A stretch of DNA of 64,000 nt from an uncultured archaeon (GTDB lineage Archaea; Nanobdellota; Nanobdellia; Pacearchaeales; GW2011-AR1). Positions within the stretch are counted from its first letter, which is position 1. Every line of letters begins with the position of its first letter. Both the position numbers and the translations under genes were made by a program. This document shows positions 19,246-28,127 of this stretch, one piece after another. The stretch lies in assembly GCA_902385635.1 (NCBI GenBank), contig CABMGN010000002.1, positions 18,092 through 82,091 on the forward strand, in the 5' to 3' direction. A model generated the notes under the pieces. The model was not told where the DNA came from, searched no databases, and was given only the letters and a program-made list of their open reading frames with translations.

Positions 19246-19296
19246 TTTAATAGGGCTTGCTTATGATTTATAAGGCTTATGAAAGGGGGTTTCAGA

Positions 19297-20076
19297 CTAA
19301 GCTTTTAGGTACTTCTCAAGCTTTTCATTAAGAATTCGTAGCTCATCTATCTTCTTACTGCTTGTCTGAATGTTTGAAAAATTATAGACTCTTTTATTAT
19401 ACTCTAGAATTTTTTCTATATTGGTATATAACTCCATATCATCATCTCTATCTTTTTTTGGTATCATTTCTAATGCCTTAATTAGGCTTGCAATACAAAC
19501 CTCTATACCTTTGGTGATTAGTAACAAGTCTTCTTCTCTTAGAATGTCTGTTGAAGGGACTCTTTCTCTGCAAAGGAATCTTGCAGCATCTGCTATGTTT
19601 GCTTCTAGTGTTGTAGAAATAAGATTTAATTCAAATACTTCTTCTTTTTTAATCTCTTTTTTTGATTTGTGTTTGCTTAAAAATCTTGTAAGATTGGTAT
19701 TTGAGATGAATAAGTAGTTTCTTAGCCTACTTATTTGTTCCTGATTCGTCATATTGTGGATTTCTTCTAGAATTGAGTCTTCTTTTACTGCTACAATTCT
19801 ATAAACAATTACTCCGAAAAAGATCCATCCGAATAAACCTTCTACCACAATAAGAACTTTCCCGATTCCTGCGGCAGTAATATCTCCGTACCCGATTGTT
19901 AACATTGTAACAAAACTAAAGTATATAGAATCCCCGATAGAGGTTACTATCTGCCCATTTGAGAATAGAGCTGATCCTGGAAGCAAATAATAAATAATTC
20001 CGAAGATAACTCCAACTAAGAACCAGAGACCTACTAGGGAAATAACTCTATTGAATCCTTCACGAACGTTTGAAAT
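19297..20076 (-). CDS. 2-TM potassium channel with cytoplasmic C-terminal domain; start codon uncertain
   Basis: Selectivity filter is TMLTIGYGD. The track start (TTG 19986) would delete TM1. The frame stays open to 20115 and encodes FNRVISLVGLWFLVGVIFGIIYYLL upstream. No ATG, GTG or TTG occurs there. ATT at 20076-20074 follows GGAGG by 6 nt. Confidence 0.6.
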   Translation of the reverse strand: MSNVREGFNRVISLVGLWFLVGVIFGIIYYLLPGSALFSNGQIVTSIGDSIYFSFVTMLTIGYGDITAAGIGKVLIVVEGLFGWIFFGVIVYRIVAVKEDSILEEIHNMTNQEQISRLRNYLFISNTNLTRFLSKHKSKKEIKKEEVFELNLISTTLEANIADAARFLCRERVPSTDILREEDLLLITKGIEVCIASLIKALEMIPKKDRDDDMELYTNIEKILEYNKRVYNFSNIQTSSKKIDELRILNEKLEKYLKA

Positions 20077-20486
20077 TAGTGTCCTCCTTTTACCTTCTTT
20101 TTCTTTTCGTAATCTTTAATAGCTTCAACTAGGCCTTCTTCTGCTAAATTTGAGCAGTGCATTTTTATTGGTGGAAGCCCGTGTAGTGATTTAGCTACAT
20201 CTTTGTTTGTAATCTTCTTTGCTTTGCTTAGTTCTTTTCCTTTTGCAAGTTGAGTTAACATAGAAGAAGTTGCTATTGCTGCTGCGCAACCAAATGTCTT
20301 GAATTTTACATCTTTTAGAATTTCTTTTCCTTGTTTGTTTTTTCCAACTTTAATATAGACCCACATAACATCTCCGCAGACCGGATTTCCAACTTTCCCA
20401 ATTCCATCAGCATCTTTGATCTCTCCCATGTTTTTTGGGTTCATGAATTCGGACATAACTTTTTTGGAGTAGTTTAGATTTGGCAT
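20076..20486 (-). CDS. iscU: Fe-S cluster assembly scaffold IscU/NifU-like
   Basis: GNPVCGDVM, FKTFGCAAAIATSS and HCSNLAEE supply the three conserved Cys ligands. Confidence 0.85.
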   Translation of the reverse strand: MPNLNYSKKVMSEFMNPKNMGEIKDADGIGKVGNPVCGDVMWVYIKVGKNKQGKEILKDVKFKTFGCAAAIATSSMLTQLAKGKELSKAKKITNKDVAKSLHGLPPIKMHCSNLAEEGLVEAIKDYEKKKKVKGGH

Positions 20487-20487
20487 T

Positions 20488-20646
20488 TTACTTTTTCTTT
20501 GTTTTTTTCTTTAATTCAGGAAACTCTGGAGCTGAAAAGCCGCAGTCGTTACACTTCCAATTTTGAGGTGATCCGTAGGATGCAGAAGTTGTAATCTTTA
20601 TTTCAACATCTTCACTTTTACACTTTGGGCAGAACTTTGGTTTCAT
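20488..20646 (-). CDS. zinc-ribbon small protein (52 aa)
   Basis: Not in the ORF track. Its ATG overlaps the stop of 20643..20879 (ATGA). Product is MKPKFCPKCKSEDVEIKITTSASYGSPQNWKCNDCGFSAPEFPELKKKTKKK, with a CxxC...CxxC pair. Confidence 0.5.
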   Translation of the reverse strand: MKPKFCPKCKSEDVEIKITTSASYGSPQNWKCNDCGFSAPEFPELKKKTKKK

Positions 20647-20879
20647 TTTTTCTTTACTTTCTTTTTTGATTCCCCATTTATTTCTTTAATTAACTTATCA
20701 ACTTCCCCTTTACTCATTCCGTGCGCTAAGCAGCCTTGTTCAAGTGTCTCATACTGAGCCATTCCACATCCTGCGCAGTGAAATCCTAATCCAAACAGAA
20801 CTTCTGCTACTTTCTCATTTGCCATTATTGCTTCAATTATCGGCATGTCTTTTGATATTTTTTTATTTTGGATTTTCAT
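20643..20879 (-). CDS. DUF1858-type (hybrid-cluster-protein-associated redox disulfide) small protein
   Basis: LFGLGFHCAGCGMAQYETLEQGCLAHGM matches the DUF1858 CxxC signature. Confidence 0.6.
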   Translation of the reverse strand: MKIQNKKISKDMPIIEAIMANEKVAEVLFGLGFHCAGCGMAQYETLEQGCLAHGMSKGEVDKLIKEINGESKKKVKKK

Positions 20880-21277
20880 TTTCTCTTTGTTAGGTAGTAA
20901 GTCGCTAGGGTTATTAATACTATGACTATTGTAAAAATTATAGCTGAAGGTAGTGTCTGAAGGTAATATACATTATTTCTTGTGCCACCCATTATGAAAA
21001 GAAATTCATCTATAATTAGACCAATAGAGATTGCGCTTAAAGTTAAGTAAAGAACAGGGTGTTTTTCTGATAGTACTCTATAGATTGTAAGAACAACTAG
21101 TAGAGCGACTCCGTAATAAAAGTGATGTAATTCATACCCGTGAATTACTGGGTTTGGATCATGAATTAAAACTATCAATCTTGTAATAATTATTGTGGCT
21201 GCAACAATAAATACAAAAGACCTAACTCTGTGGTGTAGTTCTATATCTTCAACTTTTTTTATTAAACCTTTTTTCAT
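20876..21277 (-). CDS. membrane protein (4 TM), unknown function
   Basis: Hydrophobic 133-aa ORF. It is translationally coupled on both sides within the isc operon. Confidence 0.5.
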   Translation of the reverse strand: MKKGLIKKVEDIELHHRVRSFVFIVAATIIITRLIVLIHDPNPVIHGYELHHFYYGVALLVVLTIYRVLSEKHPVLYLTLSAISIGLIIDEFLFIMGGTRNNVYYLQTLPSAIIFTIVIVLITLATYYLTKRK

Positions 21278-22446
21278 TATGCAAGAGGAGAAATCTTTCT
21301 TAGTTTCTCTACAATTTTTGTTAAATTCTCTAGTAAGTATTCAACTTCTTTTTCTGTTGTATACTTACTTATGCTGATCCTTAGCGAGGAATTTGACTGA
21401 ACTGGTGAAAGGCCTAGTGCTTTTAGAACGAGACTTGTATCAAGCGAGTCAGACATACAAGCAGAACCTGTTGAAGTGTATATCCCTAATTGTTCTAAGT
21501 AGCCGCCGATTGATTCCCCTTCTATATTGTTGAACGAGATGTTAACATTGTTACAAAGTCTTTTTTCTCCTGTTGGACCGTTTAGTTTTACATTTGAGAT
21601 CTTTTGAATACCTGAGATTATTTTGTCTCTTAATTCATACATTTTTTTTGTATCTTTCTTATTTGCAACATCTACCGCTTTTGCAAATCCAACAATTCCC
21701 GGGATATTTTCTGTTCCGCTTCTTAGTTTTCTTTCATGGCCTCCGCCGTGAGCAAGAGGGGTTATGCTTATTCCATCTTTAATATAAAGTGCTCCAACTC
21801 CTTTTGGTCCATGAATCTTGTGCCCGTTAAGTGTAACTAGATCAAGGTTTTGCTTTTTTACATCCAAATCTGTTTTTGTAAAACTCTGGCAAGCATCTAT
21901 ATGAAATAAAACCCCCTTCTTTTTACAAATCTTTCCAATTGTTTCTAGATCTTGGATAGTTCCAATTTCGTTATTTCCGTGAATTACTGAAACAATAAAT
22001 GTCTTATCTGTAATTGCACTTTCAATGTCTTTTGAGTTTGCAAATCCTTCAGAATCAACATCAAGGTAAGTTACTTTTGCGCCTTGAGTTTCTAACCACT
22101 TACAAGTGTTTAGAACGCAATCATGTTCTATCTTTGTTGTAATTATGTGATTCTTCCCTGTTTTATTGTCCTTATTCCAGAAGAATAAGCCTTTCAGTGC
22201 TAGGTTGTTTGATTCTGTTCCGCCGGAAGTGAATATAATTTCAGAAGTTCTATCTGCATTGATTGCTTTTGCAATTGTTTTTCTTGATTTTTCTAGTGCC
22301 TCTTTTGCTTCTGTTCCTTTGACATGTTGTGAGGAAGCATTTCCAAATTTTTCTGTAAAGTAAGGGAGCATTGCTTTTACAACTTCATCATCAACTCGAG
22401 TTGTTGCTGCATTATCTAAATATACTTCTAATTTTTTGCTGAACAT
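21277..22446 (-). CDS. iscS: cysteine desulfurase (class V aminotransferase, IscS/NifS)
   Basis: YLDNAATT is at the N-terminus. The PLP-Lys region is TLNGHKIHGPKG. The active-site Cys is in STGSACMS. Confidence 0.9.
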   Translation of the reverse strand: MFSKKLEVYLDNAATTRVDDEVVKAMLPYFTEKFGNASSQHVKGTEAKEALEKSRKTIAKAINADRTSEIIFTSGGTESNNLALKGLFFWNKDNKTGKNHIITTKIEHDCVLNTCKWLETQGAKVTYLDVDSEGFANSKDIESAITDKTFIVSVIHGNNEIGTIQDLETIGKICKKKGVLFHIDACQSFTKTDLDVKKQNLDLVTLNGHKIHGPKGVGALYIKDGISITPLAHGGGHERKLRSGTENIPGIVGFAKAVDVANKKDTKKMYELRDKIISGIQKISNVKLNGPTGEKRLCNNVNISFNNIEGESIGGYLEQLGIYTSTGSACMSDSLDTSLVLKALGLSPVQSNSSLRISISKYTTEKEVEYLLENLTKIVEKLRKISPLA

Positions 22447-22760
22447 TGTATTTCCCCACAGGTTTCACAGTTGCAGTATTTATTTGCGTGAGTGTCTATT
22501 AATTTTAGCATTGGTAGAATCATTCTCGAGTTTAGAGAATAAATTCTTTGTTTACCTTCTGGCTTTACTGAAACAATATTACATTGTTTTAATGAACTTA
22601 ATGCGTGGGAGATCTTGCTTTGTTCTACTCTTAAAGAGCTTGTTAACTGATTTACATTCTTAGGTGATTTTTGAAGTTCAAGAATAAGCCTCATTTTAAG
22701 AGGGTTGGATAGATGGCTAAAGAAAACATAGTAGGATGAATTATTCTTCATATGAACCAC
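22428..22760 (-). CDS. ArsR/SmtB-family HTH regulator with C-terminal Cys cluster
   Basis: LSNPLKMRLILELQKSPKNVNQLTSSLRVEQSKISHALSSLKQCNIV is the HTH. The tail is CNCETCGEIQC. Start codon is GTG and the stop is TAG. Confidence 0.7.
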   Translation of the reverse strand: MVHMKNNSSYYVFFSHLSNPLKMRLILELQKSPKNVNQLTSSLRVEQSKISHALSSLKQCNIVSVKPEGKQRIYSLNSRMILPMLKLIDTHANKYCNCETCGEIQCSAKN

Positions 22761-22835
22761 AATTCATACGTATTTATAAATGTTATGAGAATGATTAGAG
22801 TTAAACTTTAAATATTAACTATTCTTTTTCTTTCT

Positions 22836-23381
22836 ATGAAAAAAGAGGAAGGGAAACTTAAAAGGGAAGAGAGAAAATATCTTCCAGAGATTGTACTGGG
22901 GGGAATTGATGGTTCAATTACAACTTTTGCAGTAGTTGCGGGGGTTATTGGTGCTTCTTTAAGTGCAGCTGTTGTTTTAATTCTTGGTTTTGCTAATTTA
23001 TTTGCGGATGGATTTTCTATGGCTGTATCAAACTATTTTTCTACTAGGTCTAAGTATCACCCCTCTAAACAGAAGTCTAAAGAACACATTTGGGCAGCGT
23101 TTAAGGTAGCTTTAGCAACGTTTTGTTCATTTTTTATTATAGGATTTATTCCTCTTTTGTCTTTTGTACTAGCAATGATTACTGGAAACCTTTTCCTTAT
23201 ACGACACGAAGTTCTTATTTCGCTTATCTTAACCGGAATTTCTTTATTTATTGTAGGATTTTTTAGAGGAGATGTTCTTGGAAAGAAGAGGCTTCGTTCA
23301 TCAATTGAAGTCTTAGTTATTGGTGGAATTGCAGCCGGATTGGCTTTTGCAGTAGGTTGGTTAATAGAAACTGTTGTTTAA
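22836..23381 (+). CDS. VIT1/CCC1-family iron/manganese transporter
   Basis: The GGIDGSITTFAVVAGVIGA signature is present, followed by a multi-TM remainder. Confidence 0.75.
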   Translation: MKKEEGKLKREERKYLPEIVLGGIDGSITTFAVVAGVIGASLSAAVVLILGFANLFADGFSMAVSNYFSTRSKYHPSKQKSKEHIWAAFKVALATFCSFFIIGFIPLLSFVLAMITGNLFLIRHEVLISLILTGISLFIVGFFRGDVLGKKRLRSSIEVLVIGGIAAGLAFAVGWLIETVV

Positions 23382-23389
23382 AGAATAAA

Positions 23390-23460
23390 TGGGCGCTAGG
23401 GGAGTCGAACCCCTATATGCTGCTCTGGAGGCAGCCAGTCTACCGTTGGCCTAAGCACCC
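23390..23460 (-). tRNA. tRNA-Trp (anticodon CCA)
   Basis: The reverse complement gives acceptor GGGTGCT/AGCGCCC, anticodon arm GCTGC-CTCCAGA-GCAGC and T arm AGGGG-TTCGACT-CCCCT. The D stem has one mismatch. Confidence 0.8.
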
Positions 23461-23710
23461 GATTCTAAATAAGTGTTTAATTTCTTATTTAAATATTTAT
23501 GAGAAAGAAGATTGCATCTAGTAAAATCGTAGCCAGGAATACCCCCTGGTCTCTTGAAGTTCTAGACTGTTTTTCATATTAAGTTTAGCCAAGTTTTGTT
23601 TATATAATTTTCCATCGAGAGTACCCTCGTCGAAATCTTTAAAAATCCTCAATATTTATTTAGAAAGGTGAAGTGATGAGATTCTAAGAGTTTGGAAATC
23701 TCACAGGGGC

Positions 23711-23836
23711 TTATTCATTATTCTCTGGATTGGAATCAGAATCCTCTATCTCTATGTCTTCTTCCATCCGTGGATCTAGGCATTTGAAACACTTTACGCC
23801 GCCGTATTTGCCCACGACTAGCTCACTTATAGGCAT
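23711..23836 (-). CDS. possible small protein (41 aa) with CxxC and acidic tail
   Basis: Not in the ORF track. Product is MPISELVVGKYGGVKCFKCLDPRMEEDIEIEDSDSNPENNE. A 7-bp hairpin (23677..23703) lies just 3' of the stop. Coding status is unproven. Confidence 0.25.
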   Translation of the reverse strand: MPISELVVGKYGGVKCFKCLDPRMEEDIEIEDSDSNPENNE

Positions 23837-23879
23837 TAGTATTCAAAGCACCCCTTATATTTAAACTTGTGTATTAAAA

Positions 23880-25676
23880 ATGACAACCGAAGTTAGGAGA
23901 AACCACAAAAATAAGATTGATTTCCAGTATAATTTGAAGTCTTACTGGCAGATCATGAAACACTATAAATTCTATATAGTGTCTATACTAGTTTTAACTT
24001 TGATTATTGAGGCAGCAGATCTTGCCGGGACTTATTTATTTAAAATAATTGTAGATAATGGGACAGCTTTTGTTGCAGGGACACTCAGTAAGGAACTATT
24101 TATTGGGGCTCTTTTGATGGTTCTTGGATTGTTTATTGCTTTTCAAATAACTTCTTCGCTATGTAATTGGTTCCAACAGAGGAATATTAACAAATTAGAA
24201 GTTAATACAATTTTTGATTTGAAAAAGAAGTACTTTAATCATATTATGGGGCTCTCTCATAATTTCTACGCTACTCATAGAACTGGTTCTTTAATCTCAA
24301 GACTTTCTCGGGGGGGAAGTGCCGTAGAAAGAATGACTGATGTCTTTGTATATAATTGGATCCCTCTAATCTTGCAGTTTATCCTTGTGATCGGAACAAT
24401 GATCTTTTTTGATTTGACTACTGCTATAATTGTAATATGTACTGCAATCGTTTTTGTTACTTACAGTTTTATTCTTCAGAGACTTCAAGCACCTTCTTCA
24501 GTTTTAGCAAATACCGCAGAAGATTATGAGAAAGGAATGGTTTCGGACATTTTTACAAATATAGACTCAATTAAGTACTTTGGTAAAGAATCTTTTATTA
24601 AAAAGAAGTTTCAGGGTATTTTAGGAAAAACGAGAGATGCTTTCTTTAAAAATTGGAATTATTCTACTCTTATGAGTACGGGTCAGAAAACAATTGTTGG
24701 AATTGGAACTCTTTGCGTTATGTACTTTTCGATCCTGAAAGTTTTAGACGGAACAATGACTCTTGGAGCACTAACATTTATTTATACTGCTTATATCGGG
24801 TTGATTGGTCCGCTACATGGATTTGTTCACGGTATAAGGGGATTCTATAGATCTATGGCTGATTTCCAGGATTTATTTGAATACGGAAAGATAGAGTCTG
24901 AGATTAAGGATAAACCTGACGCAAAAGAAGCAAACATTAAAGAAGGAGTAATAGAATTCCAGAAAGTCAACTTCAATTATGGAAAAAGAAAGATTTTTGA
25001 GAATTTTAATTTGAAGATTCATAAAAATGAGAAAGTTGCTTTTGTTGGGCATTCCGGATCAGGAAAGACTACTCTTGTTAAATTGTTATACAGATTGTAC
25101 GATGTTGATTCCGGAAAGATAACTATTGACGGAAAAGATATCAGAGATTTCAAACACGAATCTCTTAGAGAGGAAATGTCTGTTGTTCCACAGGAATGTG
25201 TATTGTTTGATGATACTGTTTTCAACAATGTTCTTTTCTCTAGACCTAATGCTACTAAGAAAGAAGTTATAGACGCAATTAGATTTGCACAGTTAGATAA
25301 AGTAATTTCAAAATTCCCTAAGAAAGAGCAGACAATTGTTGGGGAGAGGGGAGTTAAATTATCTGGTGGAGAGAAACAGAGAGTTTCAATAGCAAGAGCT
25401 ATTCTAGCAAATAAACAGGTTCTTGTTTTAGATGAGGCAACATCTTCTCTTGATTCACAGACAGAGCACGACATTCAGGAAGATTTGAAAGAGTTAATGA
25501 AGGGTAGAACTTCAATTGTGATCGCACACAGACTTTCAACAATTATGAATGCAGATAAGATTGTTGTAATGAAAGACGGGAAGATTGTTCAGATCGGAAA
25601 GCACAAAGAGTTGATTAGACAGCAAGGAGAGTACAGACATTTGTGGGAATTACAGAAGGGCGGATATATCAAATGA
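23880..25676 (+). CDS. ABCB-type exporter, fused permease-ATPase (Atm1/HMT-like)
   Basis: A six-TM N-domain is followed by Walker A GHSGSGKTT, signature LSGGEKQR and Walker B LVLDEATS. Confidence 0.9.
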   Translation: MTTEVRRNHKNKIDFQYNLKSYWQIMKHYKFYIVSILVLTLIIEAADLAGTYLFKIIVDNGTAFVAGTLSKELFIGALLMVLGLFIAFQITSSLCNWFQQRNINKLEVNTIFDLKKKYFNHIMGLSHNFYATHRTGSLISRLSRGGSAVERMTDVFVYNWIPLILQFILVIGTMIFFDLTTAIIVICTAIVFVTYSFILQRLQAPSSVLANTAEDYEKGMVSDIFTNIDSIKYFGKESFIKKKFQGILGKTRDAFFKNWNYSTLMSTGQKTIVGIGTLCVMYFSILKVLDGTMTLGALTFIYTAYIGLIGPLHGFVHGIRGFYRSMADFQDLFEYGKIESEIKDKPDAKEANIKEGVIEFQKVNFNYGKRKIFENFNLKIHKNEKVAFVGHSGSGKTTLVKLLYRLYDVDSGKITIDGKDIRDFKHESLREEMSVVPQECVLFDDTVFNNVLFSRPNATKKEVIDAIRFAQLDKVISKFPKKEQTIVGERGVKLSGGEKQRVSIARAILANKQVLVLDEATSSLDSQTEHDIQEDLKELMKGRTSIVIAHRLSTIMNADKIVVMKDGKIVQIGKHKELIRQQGEYRHLWELQKGGYIK

Positions 25677-26218
25677 TAAAAGTTGAGATAATTAAAGGAA
25701 ATAAAATTTCTGGGAAGTTACTAAATTTCATAAATATGCAAAGGAAAAAAGATTTCGAGGAAAATAATGATTTTATCAAGAAGGATCATAAAGATACACT
25801 TTTCTTTATAATAAAAGCTGATGGGGAAGTTGTTTCATTTGGGCTATTAAGAAATATAAAAATAAACTATCATAAAAAGAATTATTATGTGAAGGGGATT
25901 GGGGGGATTTTATCTGTTAAAAAGAAAAAAGGGTTTGGGAAGATCTTGATGAAAGCTATGACTAATTATTTGAAAGAGACAAATCAAACAGGAATTGGAT
26001 TTTGTGGGAGTTTTGTGACTCCTTTCTATAAAAAATCTGGAATGAAAATTAAAAATAATTCTATAACTAAATTTTTTTATATAGACCCTAAAACTAAAAA
26101 AGAATTCCTTGGGGATGACCCCGAATGTGATATGATCTATATTGAAGGCAGAGATAAATTTGTTTCAAAAATATTAAGGACAAAAGAAAGAATTCAGATT
26201 CCTATCCCTCATTGGTAA
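25673..26218 (+). CDS. GNAT-family acetyltransferase-like protein
   Basis: Its ATG overlaps the ABC stop (ATGA). KKKKGFGKILMKAM fits the acetyl-CoA-binding R/KxxGxG pattern. Confidence 0.5.
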   Translation: MIKVEIIKGNKISGKLLNFINMQRKKDFEENNDFIKKDHKDTLFFIIKADGEVVSFGLLRNIKINYHKKNYYVKGIGGILSVKKKKGFGKILMKAMTNYLKETNQTGIGFCGSFVTPFYKKSGMKIKNNSITKFFYIDPKTKKEFLGDDPECDMIYIEGRDKFVSKILRTKERIQIPIPHW

Positions 26219-26653
26219 TTACTCAATCTTCAAAACTTTTATTTTGAAAATCAATTTCTTTCCCGCTAAGGGATGGTTGAAATCAAGAACAACTGCTCCT
26301 GTTTTAACTTCTGAAATGCATACAGGGATATCTCCTTGAGGTGTTCTCATCATTAGAGTCATTCCTACTTGTGGTTCTGGTTCTGGGGGCAAAGCAGATT
26401 TTGGAATTTCCTTTGTTAGTCTGTCGTCTCTAGGGCCGTAAGCATTTTCTGGCTCTATTGAGAATTCTTTTTCTTCATCCACAGTCATCCCTACTACCGC
26501 AGTTTCAAACCCTGGAATAACCTGGCCTGAACCTACTTCAAATTCAAGAGGGTGTGAATGATCTCCGTGTTTTGATGAATCAAATACTTCTCCTGATTCT
26601 AATCTTCCTTCATAGTCAAGAGTTACTTTAGATCCTTGTTTTGCTTGTGTCAT
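26219..26653 (-). CDS. FKBP-type peptidyl-prolyl cis-trans isomerase (SlyD-like)
   Basis: VTLDYEGRLESGEVFDSS...LEFEVGSGQVIPGFETAVVGM, with an IF-type insert. Confidence 0.85.
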   Translation of the reverse strand: MTQAKQGSKVTLDYEGRLESGEVFDSSKHGDHSHPLEFEVGSGQVIPGFETAVVGMTVDEEKEFSIEPENAYGPRDDRLTKEIPKSALPPEPEPQVGMTLMMRTPQGDIPVCISEVKTGAVVLDFNHPLAGKKLIFKIKVLKIE

Positions 26654-26691
26654 GTTTGTTTTGAGAAAAATATGGTTTATAAGGTTGGCGG

Positions 26692-27150
26692 TTAGATTAC
26701 TCCTTCTTCCTTTAAAATTTCCTTATGATTGTAGGCTAATTTCATTTTTCTTACTTCTGTGGGCGTAAACCACTTAACTTCTGAAGTTTCATCTTTTGGG
26801 GTTGGTCCACCTTTAATTATCTTCCCGTAAATAGGGATATTTATAGCTCTAAAATTTAGTCTTTTGTATGAGATAAATTCTTCATACACTTTATTTGATT
26901 TTTTGATTACTCTTATATTTACACCTAATTCTTCTTTGACTTCTCTTTTTCCAGCTTCTTCAATCTTTTCTCTTGTTTCTACCAAACCCCCTGGAAGACC
27001 CCATAAGTTGGGGTATAGAACGTCTTTTGGACTTCTTTTTCCGAGAAGTATCTTTCCTTTTTCTATAATAATAACTGGAACTCCTAATGTTTGGGGTTCA
27101 ACTCTGAAGATTTTCATCATAAGGAGCAAGAACTTTTCTTTGAATTTCAT
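26692..27150 (-). CDS. NUDIX hydrolase
   Basis: The Nudix box is GLPGGLVETREKIEEAGKREVKEELG. Confidence 0.8.
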   Translation of the reverse strand: MKFKEKFLLLMMKIFRVEPQTLGVPVIIIEKGKILLGKRSPKDVLYPNLWGLPGGLVETREKIEEAGKREVKEELGVNIRVIKKSNKVYEEFISYKRLNFRAINIPIYGKIIKGGPTPKDETSEVKWFTPTEVRKMKLAYNHKEILKEEGVI

Positions 27151-27842
27151 CCTAGCCTCTTAATTTCTTCAATTTCCTCATCGGATATAGAACACCCCTT
27201 GAACTTTAGTGCGTAAAGTAAAGCATCAAGTGTATCTTTTGATTTTATCGAGATAATTCCTTTTTTATATGCAACATAGATTAATTCTGTTGATCGTATG
27301 AACTTTAAATTTCTGAAGAACCTTAAATTCTCATTTTTAATATTTATTTTTGTATGGAGCCTTTTTTGCATTATATTCTTAAGAGTCTCTGGATTTTCTG
27401 AAAGCATTCTTGTTGTTCTTTCATCTACTGCTAAAACATTTTGAACTCCTTGCTCATTAAGAATCTGGCTTAGAGCAACACAAGATGTTTCCCCCATATC
27501 TATTAGTTTAATTCCGACTCCCTGGCTGATAAACGTGTTATTTGCAATTTTCATTAATTCAAGAGTCTTATCTGTTATCTTTTTGTCTTCAACACCAATA
27601 GAATTGGGTAACTCCAGTATTTTTTGTTGAATCATCTCATCTATTTTTAGTGCTTCTAGTTCAAATCTCTTTATCCTTATGGGGTTATCAACTATCTCTT
27701 GTTTTACCTCTTTTGTTATTATGAATTTCCCTGAAAAGGACTTCCTGAGAGTTTTTAATTCTTCAAATAAACCGTTCATTGCGAAACTTATCAGTGTGCT
27801 TGAATCAAAAATTATTACTCTCTCTGTATTTTTTATTGGCAT
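27147..27842 (-). CDS. PIN-like domain protein
   Basis: IIFDSSTLISF, ITKEVKQEI, IDMGETSCVAL and LAVDERT give acidic residues in PIN-like order. The assignment is tentative. Confidence 0.4.
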   Translation of the reverse strand: MPIKNTERVIIFDSSTLISFAMNGLFEELKTLRKSFSGKFIITKEVKQEIVDNPIRIKRFELEALKIDEMIQQKILELPNSIGVEDKKITDKTLELMKIANNTFISQGVGIKLIDMGETSCVALSQILNEQGVQNVLAVDERTTRMLSENPETLKNIMQKRLHTKINIKNENLRFFRNLKFIRSTELIYVAYKKGIISIKSKDTLDALLYALKFKGCSISDEEIEEIKRLG

Positions 27843-27843
27843 T

Positions 27844-28113
27844 TTAGTAAGTCCAATCTTTGTACTCTTTATTTGGTGTGAAAAGCAAGACTAAAATAGT
27901 CAGGGATGTAAGAACCCACGCTATTGAAAGTGCGAAGAGAATCCAATCTTGTTTATAGACTGAAGCTACGGCAATTCCTGCTGCTCCAAAAAAGTTCAGA
28001 ATATTAAAAATCTTCTTAGCTTTTATCTTTCTAAATGAAAGTAGAACGAATGAAAGAAGAATCAATCCAAAACCAAGCCAGGATATTATGTTGTATACTA
28101 ATTGAGTTTCCAT
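27844..28113 (-). CDS. small membrane protein (3 TM)
   Basis: Hydrophobic 89-aa ORF between the GT2 and PIN-like genes on the same strand. Confidence 0.45.
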   Translation of the reverse strand: METQLVYNIISWLGFGLILLSFVLLSFRKIKAKKIFNILNFFGAAGIAVASVYKQDWILFALSIAWVLTSLTILVLLFTPNKEYKDWTY

Positions 28114-28127
28114 TTTTTACCTCCTTT

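Noticed and set aside
23673-23703. C/D-box sRNA suggested by GTGATGA
   Set aside because: No D box (CTGA) or C'/D' pair occurs at appropriate spacing. The sequence is better explained as part of a hairpin 3' of the small minus-strand ORF.
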